From: Felis catus
Taxonomy: Eukaryota
Reading direction: 5' to 3'
Length of the DNA: 64,000 nt
Assembly: GCF_018350175.1 (NCBI RefSeq)
Contig: NC_058370.1
Span: 92,814,001 to 92,878,000, forward strand
This document shows positions 52,420 through 63,479 of this stretch, one piece after another (positions within the stretch are counted from its first letter, which is position 1; the number at the start of each line of letters is the position of its first letter). The notes beneath the pieces were generated by a model. That model was given only the letters and a program-made list of their open reading frames with translations. It did no database searches and was not told where the DNA came from. The position numbers and the translations under genes are program-made.

Positions 52420-52860
52420 AGACTGGATAAGAAATTATAGGTAAGAAAGAGAAAAACAGGATCAAAATCTGAGAACTCATTCCTCTCACAAAATTAGAGG
52501 TCAATAAAGAGCTGATGTGATAGTAAAGGAAACTGAGAATTGATTTCTAGAACACAAGAGGAAATTCTGGAGATTACAGAGTTCTGGATTCAACCAGGGA
52601 AGAATGTTTCAAGGAGAGATGTCAGCTCTGATGAAGGCTCTGAGAAGTAGAGTAAAATCAGGACAGAGGAATGTCCATTGTATTTAGCCACATGGAGATC
52701 ACTGATGACCTTGGAAAGGGCAAATTCTGGGAGATGATTGGATTATTTTAAATTTATTTTACTAGTGGTAAAGGTCATTTTCATCCTCCGACATGGTGGC
52801 TTCATATTTTTGGAAGCCAGATTTGGAATAGGTTAATGAGTGATTAAGAGATTGGAAATA
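52420..52860 (-). mobile_element. L2 LINE fragment
   Basis: gtccattgtatttagccacatggagatcactgatgaccttgg. Confidence 0.7.
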
Positions 52861-53375
52861 GGTTTTTTGTTTTGTTGTGTTTTGTTTTTTAAGTAAAATA
52901 ACTTGGAAGGCTATTTTTAAGTTTATACTTTTCAAATTACCTAAACACTTATCTAATCCTCTAAAGACCCTTTTCAATTGAATGTCCAGATACATTTTTT
53001 TCTGATAGAAGGGACATCACGCAATGTAGCACAAAAGAGACAAAAATTCTAGCTTTTCTGATCCACAGCCCAGTGTTTTTTTCACAACAAAATATAATAC
53101 AATATTCTCTGAAATACACCTATACAATGACCTAAGTATTTAATACTTTACAAGAATCTGAATTGTTATCAGTTGAACAAATCTAATCAATACTGGGATC
53201 TTCTACCTGTTACCAGGGACTTTTTCAAAAGTCTTTTCCTTGGACTTTGATTAGATCAAGTTCTGTGGAACAGCCTAATGTTTGAGATTCCATTCTTCAA
53301 CTGTACCTCCTTAGGGTCTTAGAGTCTTACTCTCAAAGAATTAGTTTGGACTTTTATTAATTAGGACAAATCGTC

Positions 53376-53607
53376 GGGGTGCCTGGTTGGCCCAGTTGCT
53401 TAGGCGACTGACTTTGGCTCAGGTCATGATCTCACAGTTCATGAGTTTGAGCCCCACGTCAGGCTCTGTGCTGACAGCTCAGAGCCTGGAACCTACTTCA
53501 GTTTCTGGGTCTCCCCCTCTCTCTACTCCTCCCCTGCTCACGGTCTGTGTCTCTCTGTCTCTCAAGGATAAATACACGTTAATTTTTTTTTTTTTAGTAA
53601 AAAAAAG
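53376..53607 (+). mobile_element. SINEC_Fc
   Basis: ggggtgcctgg head, full body. Confidence 0.92.
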
Positions 53608-53727
53608 ACATATTTTCCTCACAGCAATGTAGGCGTTGCCACACAAAAGCTAAAGAACACAAACTGATAGTTGATTCATATGCAGGAGTAGAAATGGGTT
53701 ACCAGCTTAAAGAATCAATGACAACCA

Positions 53728-53935
53728 GGGTACTTGGGTAGCTCAGTTGGTTAAGCATCTGACATCAGCTCTGGTCATGATCTCATGATTCACAAATTTG
53801 AGCCCCACGTCCAGCATTGTGCTGACAGCTCAGAGCCTGGAGGCTACTTCAGATTCTGTGTCTACTTCTCTCTCTGCCCCTCCCTCACTCGTACTCTCTC
53901 TCTCTGTCTCTCAAAAATAAACATTAAAAAATTTT
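53728..53935 (+). mobile_element. SINEC_Fc
   Basis: Full body; degenerate TSD aaagaatcaatgacaac / aaagacttaatgataac. Confidence 0.92.
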
Positions 53936-54423
53936 TAAAAGACTTAATGATAACTATAACACAGAAACGGAGGAAAGCACTACATTGACATGAGAAACCA
54001 AAGTGAGAGAAAACATTAAAGAAAAAAAATGCAGGCGTGGGAGAAGGTAGAAAAAATAAAATAGTTGAAAATGAAGTTCATTTGGTTGGAGGTAGCATTT
54101 CTGGTTTTGTGTACATTTCTAGATACATATTTCATAATTTAAAGACTAAAGTGTTATTTTCCTAGTATAAATGCCTTTGTTTAGGCTGATCATCAACTGC
54201 TCGAACAGAATTTTTCTAGAAAACAAACATCTATCTTTAAAATCCTACTTTAAGGATCCTGCTCAGATAGCTTATTCTCATCCCTAAATAGCCCAACTCA
54301 TGTGGATCTCTACCCATGCTTAGGTTCCTGATATCCTTACCATACATTGACTTCGTGGCATTCTCTAAATGTTGCATTTATCTTTTCACACTAATTTATC
54401 TTATCTCTTAAAAAACATGTATA

Positions 54424-54611
54424 TGACTCTTGATTTCAACTCAGGTCATGATCTCAAGGTTCATAGGTTTGAGCCCTGCATCAGTCTGTGTAGCTGGCAG
54501 AGCAGAACCTCCTTGGGATTCCCTCTCTCCTTCTTCCTCTGCCCTCCACTGCTGTGCTCTCTCTCTCTCTTATAATCAATCAACCAATAGCAAAAAACAA
54601 AACAAAAAAAA
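54424..54611 (+). mobile_element. 5'-truncated CanSINE within an L2 fragment
   Basis: gactcttgatttcaactcaggtcatgatctc, CT tract, A tail. Confidence 0.85.
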
Positions 54612-54949
54612 CCCATCACGTATACCATGGAACACTTACATTATTTCTTTATAAATTCCTAAGCATTCAGTACAGACACTTTCAAAAACTGGGCTGGACC
54701 TGATAAGTCTGGCTTGTGACTAATAAGCATTGCATTGATTTTGCTGAATCTCTAGAAGAAAGAAGAGTTTTTTCCAGTTGACCCAACAATAATGACTGGA
54801 GCAGAAAGATAATAAAAGATGTTTTGTCTAGGCCCCTCGCACCTCAACTAGGGATTTCTTAAATAAATCTTCAGTCAATCCATGGAAGACATAGAACCTT
54901 TTTACTAAACTAAGATTGTGGAGGAGTGATCTCAAAAGTTTCTAGACCT

Positions 54950-55158
54950 GGGGTGCCTGGGTGGCTCAATCAGTTAAGCCTCTGACTTTGGCTCAGGTCA
55001 CGATCTCACCATTTGTAAATTCGAGGCTGCGTCAGGCTCTGTGCTGAAATCTTGGAGTCTGGAGCCTGCCTTGGATTCTGTGTCTCCCTCTCTCTCTGGC
55101 CCTCCCCCATGCACACTCTGTCTCTCTCTCTCTCTCTCAAGAATAAATAAACGTAAAA

Positions 55159-55195
<37 letters not shown>
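54950..55195 (+). mobile_element. SINEC_Fc with (TAAA)n tail
   Basis: Full body; TSD aaagtttctagac. Confidence 0.93.
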
Positions 55196-55197
<2 letters not shown>

Positions 55198-55651
55198 AGT
55201 TTCTAGACTTGATTAAGCCCTACCTAATGCTGCAGAAACTGTTGGTTACTAGATGTTTAGACTGTCTTAGGTCCTAGGGAACCCCTTCTAACAATCACTT
55301 GGTAGATCACTAATTCAATAACTCAATCACTAATCATTAATTTAATATTGTTCCTTCTCCCCCCAAATCAAATGATGGGGACAGTGGGATGGGGATTCTA
55401 TTGCTGGGACAGGGACATAAATGAGTTTATATTTTCTTCCCTATGGAAAGAGACCCAACAAAGGTCTTAATCCAATTCAAAGAAGGTTAAAATATCTTGT
55501 ACAAACTATGTTAGAGATAAAATTCATAAAGTCATCTACAGTGTAGTCTCCTGTTATGTTTTATGAGTGTGTCTTGAATTTCTAAGGACCCCGGGAACTG
55601 AAATCTCTGGAGGCCATAATATTTCCCTCTATATCCATCGTTTAATCCTGC

Positions 55652-55770
55652 CTTGCAGGCAATTTCAAGCATTGCACAGCTCCCAATGCTCTGTTTGTCT
55701 TTCAATGCTTGAAGCAATACTTGCAAATATGACCTCATCAATGACTTCTCTATGGCTGTTTTCTTTATTC
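55652..55770 (-). CDS. Candidate exon of the gene relic; 3' boundary uncertain
   Basis: Acceptor ttttctttggttagtctag. Reads IKKTAIEKSLMRSYLQVLLQALKDKQSIGSCAMLEIACK, within ORF 55532..55783. Unique sequence. Confidence 0.25.
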
Positions 55771-56067
55771 CTAGACTAACCAAAGAAAAGCCCTACATTC
55801 ATTTAACACATCGTGGCTCACACAAACTGGAAACACAGATCGCCATTAAAAAACAATGTGAAGGCTAAAATCATGAGAAGGAATACTTTGTGTTTTAAGC
55901 ATTCAATTAGATATCTATATACTCCCTAGTAGATATATTTCATTTATTTGTTTGTTTTCAGTTCAGAGCATCTATAACTAGAGTTGAGTTTTGCTCCAAA
56001 ATTAAATCATTGTAGATTCCAAATTCTCTCTCAATTTTAATTTCACAATTTAAGTTGATTTTATCTT

Positions 56068-56290
56068 TTTTTTCTTTAATTTTTTTTCAACGTTTATTTA
56101 TTTTTGGGACAGAGAGAGACAGAGCATGAACGGGGGAGGGGCAGAGAGAGAGGGAGACACAGAATCGGAAACAGGCTCCAGGCTCTGAGCCATCAGCCCA
56201 GAGCCTGACGCGGGGCTCGAACTCACGGACCGCGAGATCGTGACCTGGCTGAAGTCGGACGCTCAACCGACTGCGCCACCCAGGTGCCCC
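56068..56290 (-). mobile_element. Young SINEC_Fc (CpGs intact)
   Basis: Near-consensus body; perfect 16-bp TSD aagttgattttatctt. Confidence 0.96.
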
Positions 56291-56421
56291 AAGTTGATTT
56301 TATCTTAATGTACTTAGTGGGGAGTACAAATTTATCTGGTCTACTATCTCAAGTACTTTCGGATGAAGTGTGCCTAGAGCAGGCCAGTGGCCAGTGAACT
56401 TGTCAGAATCCACAGGCTCAC

Positions 56422-56538
56422 ATTCTTTACTGAAGTCCAACAGAGAATAGTGGTCTTCAAAGTATCTATATAATCACAGCAAGCATATTTTCTCTGAAGT
56501 ATCCATCTGTTTCTTTGTTAGACCACTTATTTTTCTTC
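56422..56538 (-). pseudogene. Candidate exon (117 nt, phase 1-1) with one TGA
   Basis: Acceptor atattcag, donor gtgagc. Reads GRKISGLTKKQMDTSEKICLL*LYRYFEDHYSLLDFSKE. Confidence 0.25.
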
Positions 56539-57168
56539 CTGAATATTTATTGATTAGTATACACCATATTTCCAAGGAAAATCTCTATAGACCTTTGAGT
56601 AGCAAAATTGCAAGTACTAATTCAATATTGTTACTATGGCTTTCAATTATTCCTTACAAATCCTCTAAAAAGAGGCAAATGAAGACCGTGAATTAATTAT
56701 CATATTGCATTAAAATTCATCATTTGAAATTTGCCTAATAGATTATTATTTGCCATGCACAGTAAGGCACAGATTTGCTATTAGAATTCACTTGACCTCA
56801 GGCATGTTAATTGCAATCCTAAAATAGCATCTATTTTATTTTGTTTGGGTTTGGCTTGTTTTTTTTTTAATAAGTTATCACTTATAATCTGATGGCTAAA
56901 GTTTTGTTTAAAAATTACGAAGTAATTTTTAGACTCTATGAAGTCATGTTTCAGCGTTATCTATGTCACATGTCAAATGCTGAAGTGGTGAAAAAATGCT
57001 GGGCTCCTTTAAATGTCATTTCTACCACCATCCCCGCCACATTTGTATGCTGTTTATAACATGTATGATACTGGTAGAACTGAGCTGTTAGCAAAGCAAT
57101 TCCACACTCATCCACAGTTTTGCTGTCTTTCCACCTTTTGCAAAACCAGCCTTAAAGAAATCATCCTG

Positions 57169-57389
57169 GTGGTACCTGGGTGGCTTAGTCAGTTAAGTGT
57201 CTGACCGGCTCAGGTCATGATCTTGTGGTTCATGAGTTCGAGCCCCACATTGGGCTCTGTGCTGAAAGTTAGAGCCTGGAGCCTGCTTCAGATTCTGTGT
57301 CTCCCTCTCTCTTTCTGTCTCTCCCTGCTCATGCTCTGTCTGTCTGTCTCTCTCAAAACTAAATAAAAACATTAAACATTTTTTTTAAA
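57169..57389 (+). mobile_element. SINEC_Fc
   Basis: Full body; TSD aaatcatcctg. Confidence 0.92.
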
Positions 57390-58109
57390 AAATCATCCTG
57401 AAAATACCATTAATTAAGGGTCTTCTTAATGACCCAAGTTATCATGCAACACAATGTTAATAGGATAGCCCATTGGAGAGTTTCTCTCTCCTTTGCCCTA
57501 CTTTTCATAGTACTAACCATTTCATATTGCATTTTATTTCTTTTCCCATCTGACTCTCATATCAGGCTAAAAAATAATTGATTTTAGGGACTGCATTACA
57601 TGTAGTATTGCTCCTATTACATAGTGAGTGTTTTAAAAATCTGTAAAATAAGTAATATAGTATTTGCAATACTAGAGGTCTAATGGAGGTCAATAGATTT
57701 CTAAAATCCCATTTAGTTCATGAGAAATTTGAATTAGGCTATATATTTGCAAGATAACAATGAACACAATTAATGAAAAAAATCAATCAAAATCTTTCTC
57801 TGCTCAAATAGAATAAGAGGAGTAATTAATTTATAAAAGGGTAAGGAAAACAAAGATATGAACTATTTAAGATTTGACAGATCCGTCATCATAGAACAAG
57901 TGCACCACAAAACACCTTCTGAGGGTAAAGAGACTAATAGCGGCTAGGTGTTCTTTGTAATAGAGGCTTTAAGACCAAGCTTGGGGACGTCTGGTAAGAT
58001 GAGTCAAAAATATTTTTCAACCAATTTTTAAAAATTATAATAATCATGACTTTTTTTGAAGCAAAGCCTCGGGATAATATGAACTAAGGTCTGGGGGTAC
58101 CTGTTTTAC

Positions 58110-58494
58110 CTGAGCTTTGTGTTTTCATCATTTTTGTTAAACGTTTATTTATTATTGAGAGACAGAGAGAGACAAAGCATGAGCATGGGAGGAGCAGAGA
58201 GAGGGGAGACCCAGAATCTGAAGCAGGCTCCAGGTACCGAGCTGTCTGCACAGAGCCCGATGTGGGGCTCAAACCCACAAACCGGGGGACCATGACCTGA
58301 GCTGAAGTAGGACGCTTAACCGACTGAGCCATCCAGGGACCCCTGTGTTTTCATCATTAGTGTCAGTTCCTTCAGTAACCATAATATATATTTCTCCTCA
58401 TATTCTGTCATCCACAAGTATTTCCTTCACTTTCAGAGAATGCACTTAGGATTAGCAGTAAGGGCGATTTTGAAGTTAAATTATACTTGGATTT
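58110..58494 (-). pseudogene. Candidate exon disrupted by a SINE (159 nt once SINE and TSD are removed; phase 1-1)
   Basis: Strong acceptor gtgttttgttttatag, donor gtaaaa. Reads IQV*FNFKIALTANPKCIL*K*RKYLWMTEYEEKYILWLLKELTLMMKTQSS. Confidence 0.3.
58133..58343 (-). mobile_element. SINEC_Fc
   Basis: Full body; 15-bp TSD tgtgttttcatcatt. Confidence 0.93.
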
Positions 58495-59618
58495 CTATAA
58501 AACAAAACACACAATGGTCCACACACAAATCTGTTCTCTCTCTCTCTCTCTCTCTCTCTTTTTTAAGGAAATCATACTATTTTAAAATAATAAAAAGAAG
58601 TCTGCTTTTTACATTGTATCAAATATTATTAATTTAATGCCATCTTGGGTTTACTTACATACACAGACTGGATTCTAGCATTAGAATATTCTCTCTTTTT
58701 CATGTTATTCATTTCCAAGAAACATTGTTTGATTGTTCTATAATTGCCTTAGTCTTTCTGTAAGTCAAAGCTATTGCAAAACCCATTAGGACAACACTGA
58801 GTTCACAAAAATGAAGACTGTCTTTAACTTATTTTAACAGAATAACTTTATAGAAGAAATAAAATTCAACATGGTAATTTTCTCATTAGATAATATTAAT
58901 GAATTATTTTTAATAATTATTTTCTTAGCTATTAATTACTTGAAATTACAACAAACTCTTTTTTATAAGCAAGAGTAAATGGATTTTTGTTGTGTCTTAT
59001 TGTCTAAGTCAAATTACTTTGATGTTTATCTTGATATTACTGGATGAGTAGGCAGAGCAGCAGAAAATATAAAAATAGAGTGATCTGGCTGATGTCACCA
59101 TAGATTATATTGTGATCCAAATCCATGAAACCTCACAAAGCTATGGAGATTTTTTTCCATGCTTTTTTATCATTTGTTATAATACTAATTAAAATACAAT
59201 TTCTCTTCCCTTAAACAAGACATATCTTGAATCCTCCTTATGTTCTATATGTTTTATATAATCATTATGTATTCAGATTATTACTTCATTTATTAAATGC
59301 TTGCAAAGATTTTTACAAATGCTAAACATGTAATAGCTAAAAATAAACAAGTCCTGTTTAATCTACTGAAACTCTAAATGAAGCTTGAATAAGGTTGTAT
59401 CATATGAAGCCGAAAGAGATTGTCATATTGATAAATTTCAGCTAAGTGCAGTAAATTCAGTAAAAAGTTAAAAAAAAAGTCATCAAGTTCATGATTTGGT
59501 AGCTCTACCTAGAAGCACTATTAAATGAGCTTCTCAGCAGATTTAAACAGTCTGGAATCTTGGCATATGGCAAATGCAGAGGTTAAACACTCAAATGCAA
59601 AATCATATGCATTCTTCA

Positions 59619-60063
59619 GGACTCCTGGGTGGCTCAGTCCGTTAAGTGTCAGACTTTGGCTCAGGTTATGATCTCACGATTCGTGAGTTGGAGCCCCACA
59701 TGGGGCTCTGGTGCTTATAGCTCAGAGCCTAGAGCCTCCTTTGCGTTCTGTGTCTCCCTCTTTCTCTGCCACTCCCCTGCTCATGCTCTGTCTCTTTCTC
59801 TTTCAAACATGAATAAATATTGGGGCGCCTGGGTGGCGCAGTCGGTTAAGCGTCCGACTTCAGCCAGGTCACGATGTCGCGGTCCGTGGGTTCGAGCCCC
59901 GCGTCGGGCTCTGGGCTGATGGCTCAGAGCCTGGAGCCTGTTTCCGATTCTGTGTCTCTCTCTCTCTCGGCCCCTCCCCCGTTCATGCTCTGTCTCTCTC
60001 TGTCCCAAAAATAAATAAAAAACGTTGAAAAAAACATGAATAAATATTAAAAAAATAAAAAAT
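59619..60063 (+). mobile_element. Older SINEC_Fc with a young SINE inserted in its tail
   Basis: Outer TSD atatgcattcttca (59605-59618 / 60064-60077). Confidence 0.92.
59822..60031 (+). mobile_element. Young SINEC_Fc (nested)
   Basis: ggggcgcctgggtggcgcagtcggttaagcgtccgacttcagccaggtcacgat; 17-bp TSD aaacatgaataaatatt. Confidence 0.96.
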
Positions 60064-60234
60064 ATATGCATTCTTCAATGCAGGAGAGATACATGGTTTA
60101 TTGGATAGAGAATGAGGTTAAGAAGCCAAAGAAATAGGTATTTGGCTACCAAGCCAATCATTTATTACTTTTGTAGTCCTAGAGAAGACAAACTGTGTGT
60201 TCACTTTCTTTGTCTCTGTAGTGATTATATCTGA

Positions 60235-60675
60235 GAAAATGTTAAAAAGACACCAAAGAGACATATCAAATGCATGCAGTGTATGACCCAGGATTTTTTC
60301 TTTTTTCTAAGGAGGAAATTATTAGAATCATTAAATTATTAGAATTATTAAATTCTGAATAAAGTCTGTGGCTTCGATAATAGAATTGTATCACTCTTCA
60401 TTTCCTCATTTTCACAGTTATACTCTGTATATATATAAGAGAATGTTTTTGCTTTGTAGGAAATACCCTGAGTATTTAGAGGCAAATAGTCATTATGTCT
60501 GCTCTTTACCCTCAAACAGTTTTGAAAAAATAGAAATAAAGACAGAAAATGATAAAACAACTATGACAAAAGGTTAATATTTGGGGATTAAGGGTGAAGG
60601 ATGTGTGGAAATTCTTTGTTCAATGTACTTTTCTATTTTCTATAAATCTCAAATGATATCAAAAGTTAAAGTTAA
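60235..60675 (+). mobile_element. L1ME-type 3'UTR fragment
   Basis: atcaaatgcatgcagtgtatgacc...gggtgaaggatgtgtggaaattctttgt. Confidence 0.65.
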
Positions 60676-60984
60676 GAAAAAATGTTACGAACAAGACTAT
60701 CTCTCCCTTTAATGAAATTTAATTTGATGTATGAAACATAGTAGTTACTTAATATCTGTTATTATGAGTACTCAACCAAATCAGAATTATAGCAAGACTA
60801 TAATTTATGTATAAGATAGTCTAGAATAAGTATGTAGGCTTTTATTATACAGGAAATATTTTTAAAAATACAATCTAATTTTATATAATCCTTATTATCA
60901 CATGTAAATTATTTACTTGCACATCATATAATTTAACGTTATTCATGGAGCGTTTATAAACCTACATTCATCCAGGGCATTTCC

Positions 60985-61490
60985 CATGATGGAACCATAA
61001 AGACACTGGCAGCCAGAGGGGCATTAGACTTCTATGCCTCCGGCCCTTCCACTGTCCTCAAGCAAAGCCTTTGGAATAGACCGCAGTGGTGAATAGGGCT
61101 TTCTCTGTTCCAAGCAAAGGGATCAAAGCTTAATCCAGTGTTGTGGGCCAGGGGGACTTCTTTGGGCTCTCTTTTCTACCAAGGTGCTCCCGATCTGTTG
61201 GGAGCTACTCAAGCTAGGAAGGCTTGTGTATGGTTTTGTTAGGTCAGCTCTGCCCTTGGGACTAGGAAATCAGCCTTTCTTTCCCATTCTCTGCTGCTAC
61301 ACTCTTGTCCTCACCTCTCATTAATATTGGTGTGTAGATGGGTGTGTTTTTGGGAGGAAAACAGGCTACTTGGTATATTTTAGTTGTAGGTCAATGGCTG
61401 CCTCTAGTCTAGTCATTCAGATTTAGGGTTAATGTTCCAACTGACAATTGACCTTCTGCATATTTAAATTTTCTCAGTATCTGTCAGAAA
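60985..61490 (-). mobile_element. Probable ancient LTR
   Basis: GC-richer ~500-bp island with LTR-like termini; family unresolved. Confidence 0.35.
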
Positions 61491-62717
61491 AGTTGTCTAT
61501 AAGAGGATATAAAAGTGAGGATTTAGAACTTGTAGCTTCCCAACACATCTTATCTTCCAATGCTAATACAACATACAACATTGCAACCAGAAGCACAGCT
61601 GAGAAATTTCTAATTCTCTGAAGGGTCTTCCTGTAATGTTTGCACAAGGGTATTTAAGATGCCTAAATTAATGCTGCTATGTTGAATTTATGTGGTCTAC
61701 TGAAATCAAATTCAAGCTGTAATCAACAGTGATGTTGTGGGAAAGAAGAGAGAAAGGGTTAAGCAAATGCTGTCTTATTCGAAAGGGATGATGTGGGAAC
61801 ATTTAATCATAACTGGAATATTATCATATAAATGTGCAGATTACAGCCAAACTTTATGAAGGATGATGAATCAGGACCAGTCTAATGATCCTATAATCTG
61901 GCAGAATTCCTCTTGCAAACATTCTTCATCTTAAAGTGATGAAGGATTTCCAATGGAATAATAACTAATGGATGTTAAGCTCTATATGTCAGGTAAAAAA
62001 AGAAATGTATTATAATTTATTTGCAATTAAAGTAGCAAAACAGTCAATTCTGCATCCTACAAACAGGCAAAAACAACTTCCGGCCCACATCCTGGGCAGG
62101 AGATTAGTGAATATCTCAACCAAGAAGATAACTACACACTTATTCCAGGATGCACAATGCTTTAATTGGGAGGATTTCCTCATTTCCTCCTTCATTTTTA
62201 TTTGCTTTCTTCTACATCTTCTTCCCAGATAATTTAAAAAAATGATGACAGAAATCATAAATGCATGAAACCTTTTAGCGAAGTTCCTGTAGGTATTTGA
62301 ATGTCTTCAATAGGAATTAGAATGTCCTTGATCAGTCCCTGCAGTATGGGAATACATACATAAAGGACATACTGTCCTTTATGCTTGAGGACCTTTAACC
62401 CATCTGAATATAAAGTGCATGAAATTTGTAAAGGCAATATTATTTTAATGGAATTAAAAGACATTACTTAAATAAAATGGTTCAACTAAAGATTATCTGT
62501 AAAATATGGTGCTTAGAATGTTTATTTGAAACTCTGCCAATTACATCAAACAGTTCAAATATTACTTTGCATGCAAAGCTCAAAAAATGCTAGCCTTCAT
62601 TCTGCTCTCTTTGAGAAGAGAAACATTTTATAAGGGAAAATTTATACAGATCTTAAGGCTGAGATTAAAAATGTTTCTTATGGTAATGTTTTTTCTAAAC
62701 AAATTCAGGTATTAAGA

Positions 62718-62761
<44 letters not shown>

Positions 62762-62932
62762 CAGAGCGAGACAGAGAGACAGAGAGACAGAGAGAGACAG
62801 GAAGGAGAGAGAGAAATTTGGGAGTGAAAACTGGTCTATTTGATGTCCTTTCCATGATTAATACTAGTTTGGTATCTCTCAATCTCTCTCTCTCTCATGC
62901 ACACACACACACACACACACTCACACACACAC
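62718..62932. repeat. (GT)n(GA)n(GAGACA)n ... (TC)n(CA)n compound microsatellites in inverted arrangement
   Basis: Directly visible. Confidence 0.93.
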
Positions 62933-63169
62933 GAGAAAGTCTGGCACAGCTGACACATATACCTGTGAGAATGTTTTAGTAGCGAACATGTGTGAATATA
63001 GTAATAGGTTAGCAAGCACTAATATGTTATGTACCTACCTCCTGAACATGCTACATGTAAATAGCCTTTACGTGAAAGGTAACATGGCAGTTTTAAACAG
63101 AACTTGAGAAAATGGTTGGAAGAGTTCCTAGCACAAAGCTAGTAAATGTGGAGGAAAAGGTAAATTTTT

Positions 63170-63197
63170 ATTAAAAACTTTTAATGTTTTATTTATT

Positions 63198-63235
<38 letters not shown>

Positions 63236-63389
63236 AGTAAGGAGGGACAGACAGAGAGGGAGACACAGAATGTGAAGCAAGCTCCAAGGTCTGAGCTGTC
63301 AGCACAGAACCCGTGGGGCCCAAACTCAGGAACCATGACATCATGACCTGAGCTGAAGTCAGATGCTTAAATGAGCCACCCTGGTGCCC
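63170..63389 (-). mobile_element. SINEC_Fc
   Basis: Full body with (GA)n; TSD ggaaaaggtaaa. Confidence 0.92.
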
Positions 63390-63479
63390 TGGAAAAGGTA
63401 AAATTTTAACCCAGAAGTGTGGGAGTCTAAAGTTTGTATTCTTTCTTTTTTTAAGTTGGTATTCTTACTTTTTGTGTTA

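Larger units (their letters stand above)
8030..58494 (-). pseudogene. Candidate decayed multi-exon gene for a multi-RGS-domain protein (RGS22/RGSL1-like); unitary pseudogene
   Basis: Minus-strand AG...GT-bounded segments at 58494-58110, 56538-56422, 55770-, 50442-50353, 40188-40106, 39605-39574, 34508-34450, 27283-27101, 18426-18280, 12846- and 10440-8030. Several junction phases are compatible. RGS-like motifs include MRFFHIFQARDLLYWDCI*EL, IHVIK*NFILP, LKVD, AKRTIYTTLTKFY, VWRIMYNSYIEE..ETTRNAL and NALDLWLDVEN. Contains stops, frameshifts and TE insertions. Family call is by eye. Confidence 0.5.

Noticed and set aside
8030-58494. Naming the relic RGS22 or RGSL1
   Set aside because: The peptides share only motif-level similarity with those proteins as recalled, far below orthologue level.
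61970-62464. Overlapping ORFs as further exons of the relic gene
   Set aside because: Unique sequence with acceptors, but I could not fix a frame, donor or motif. Left uncalled.
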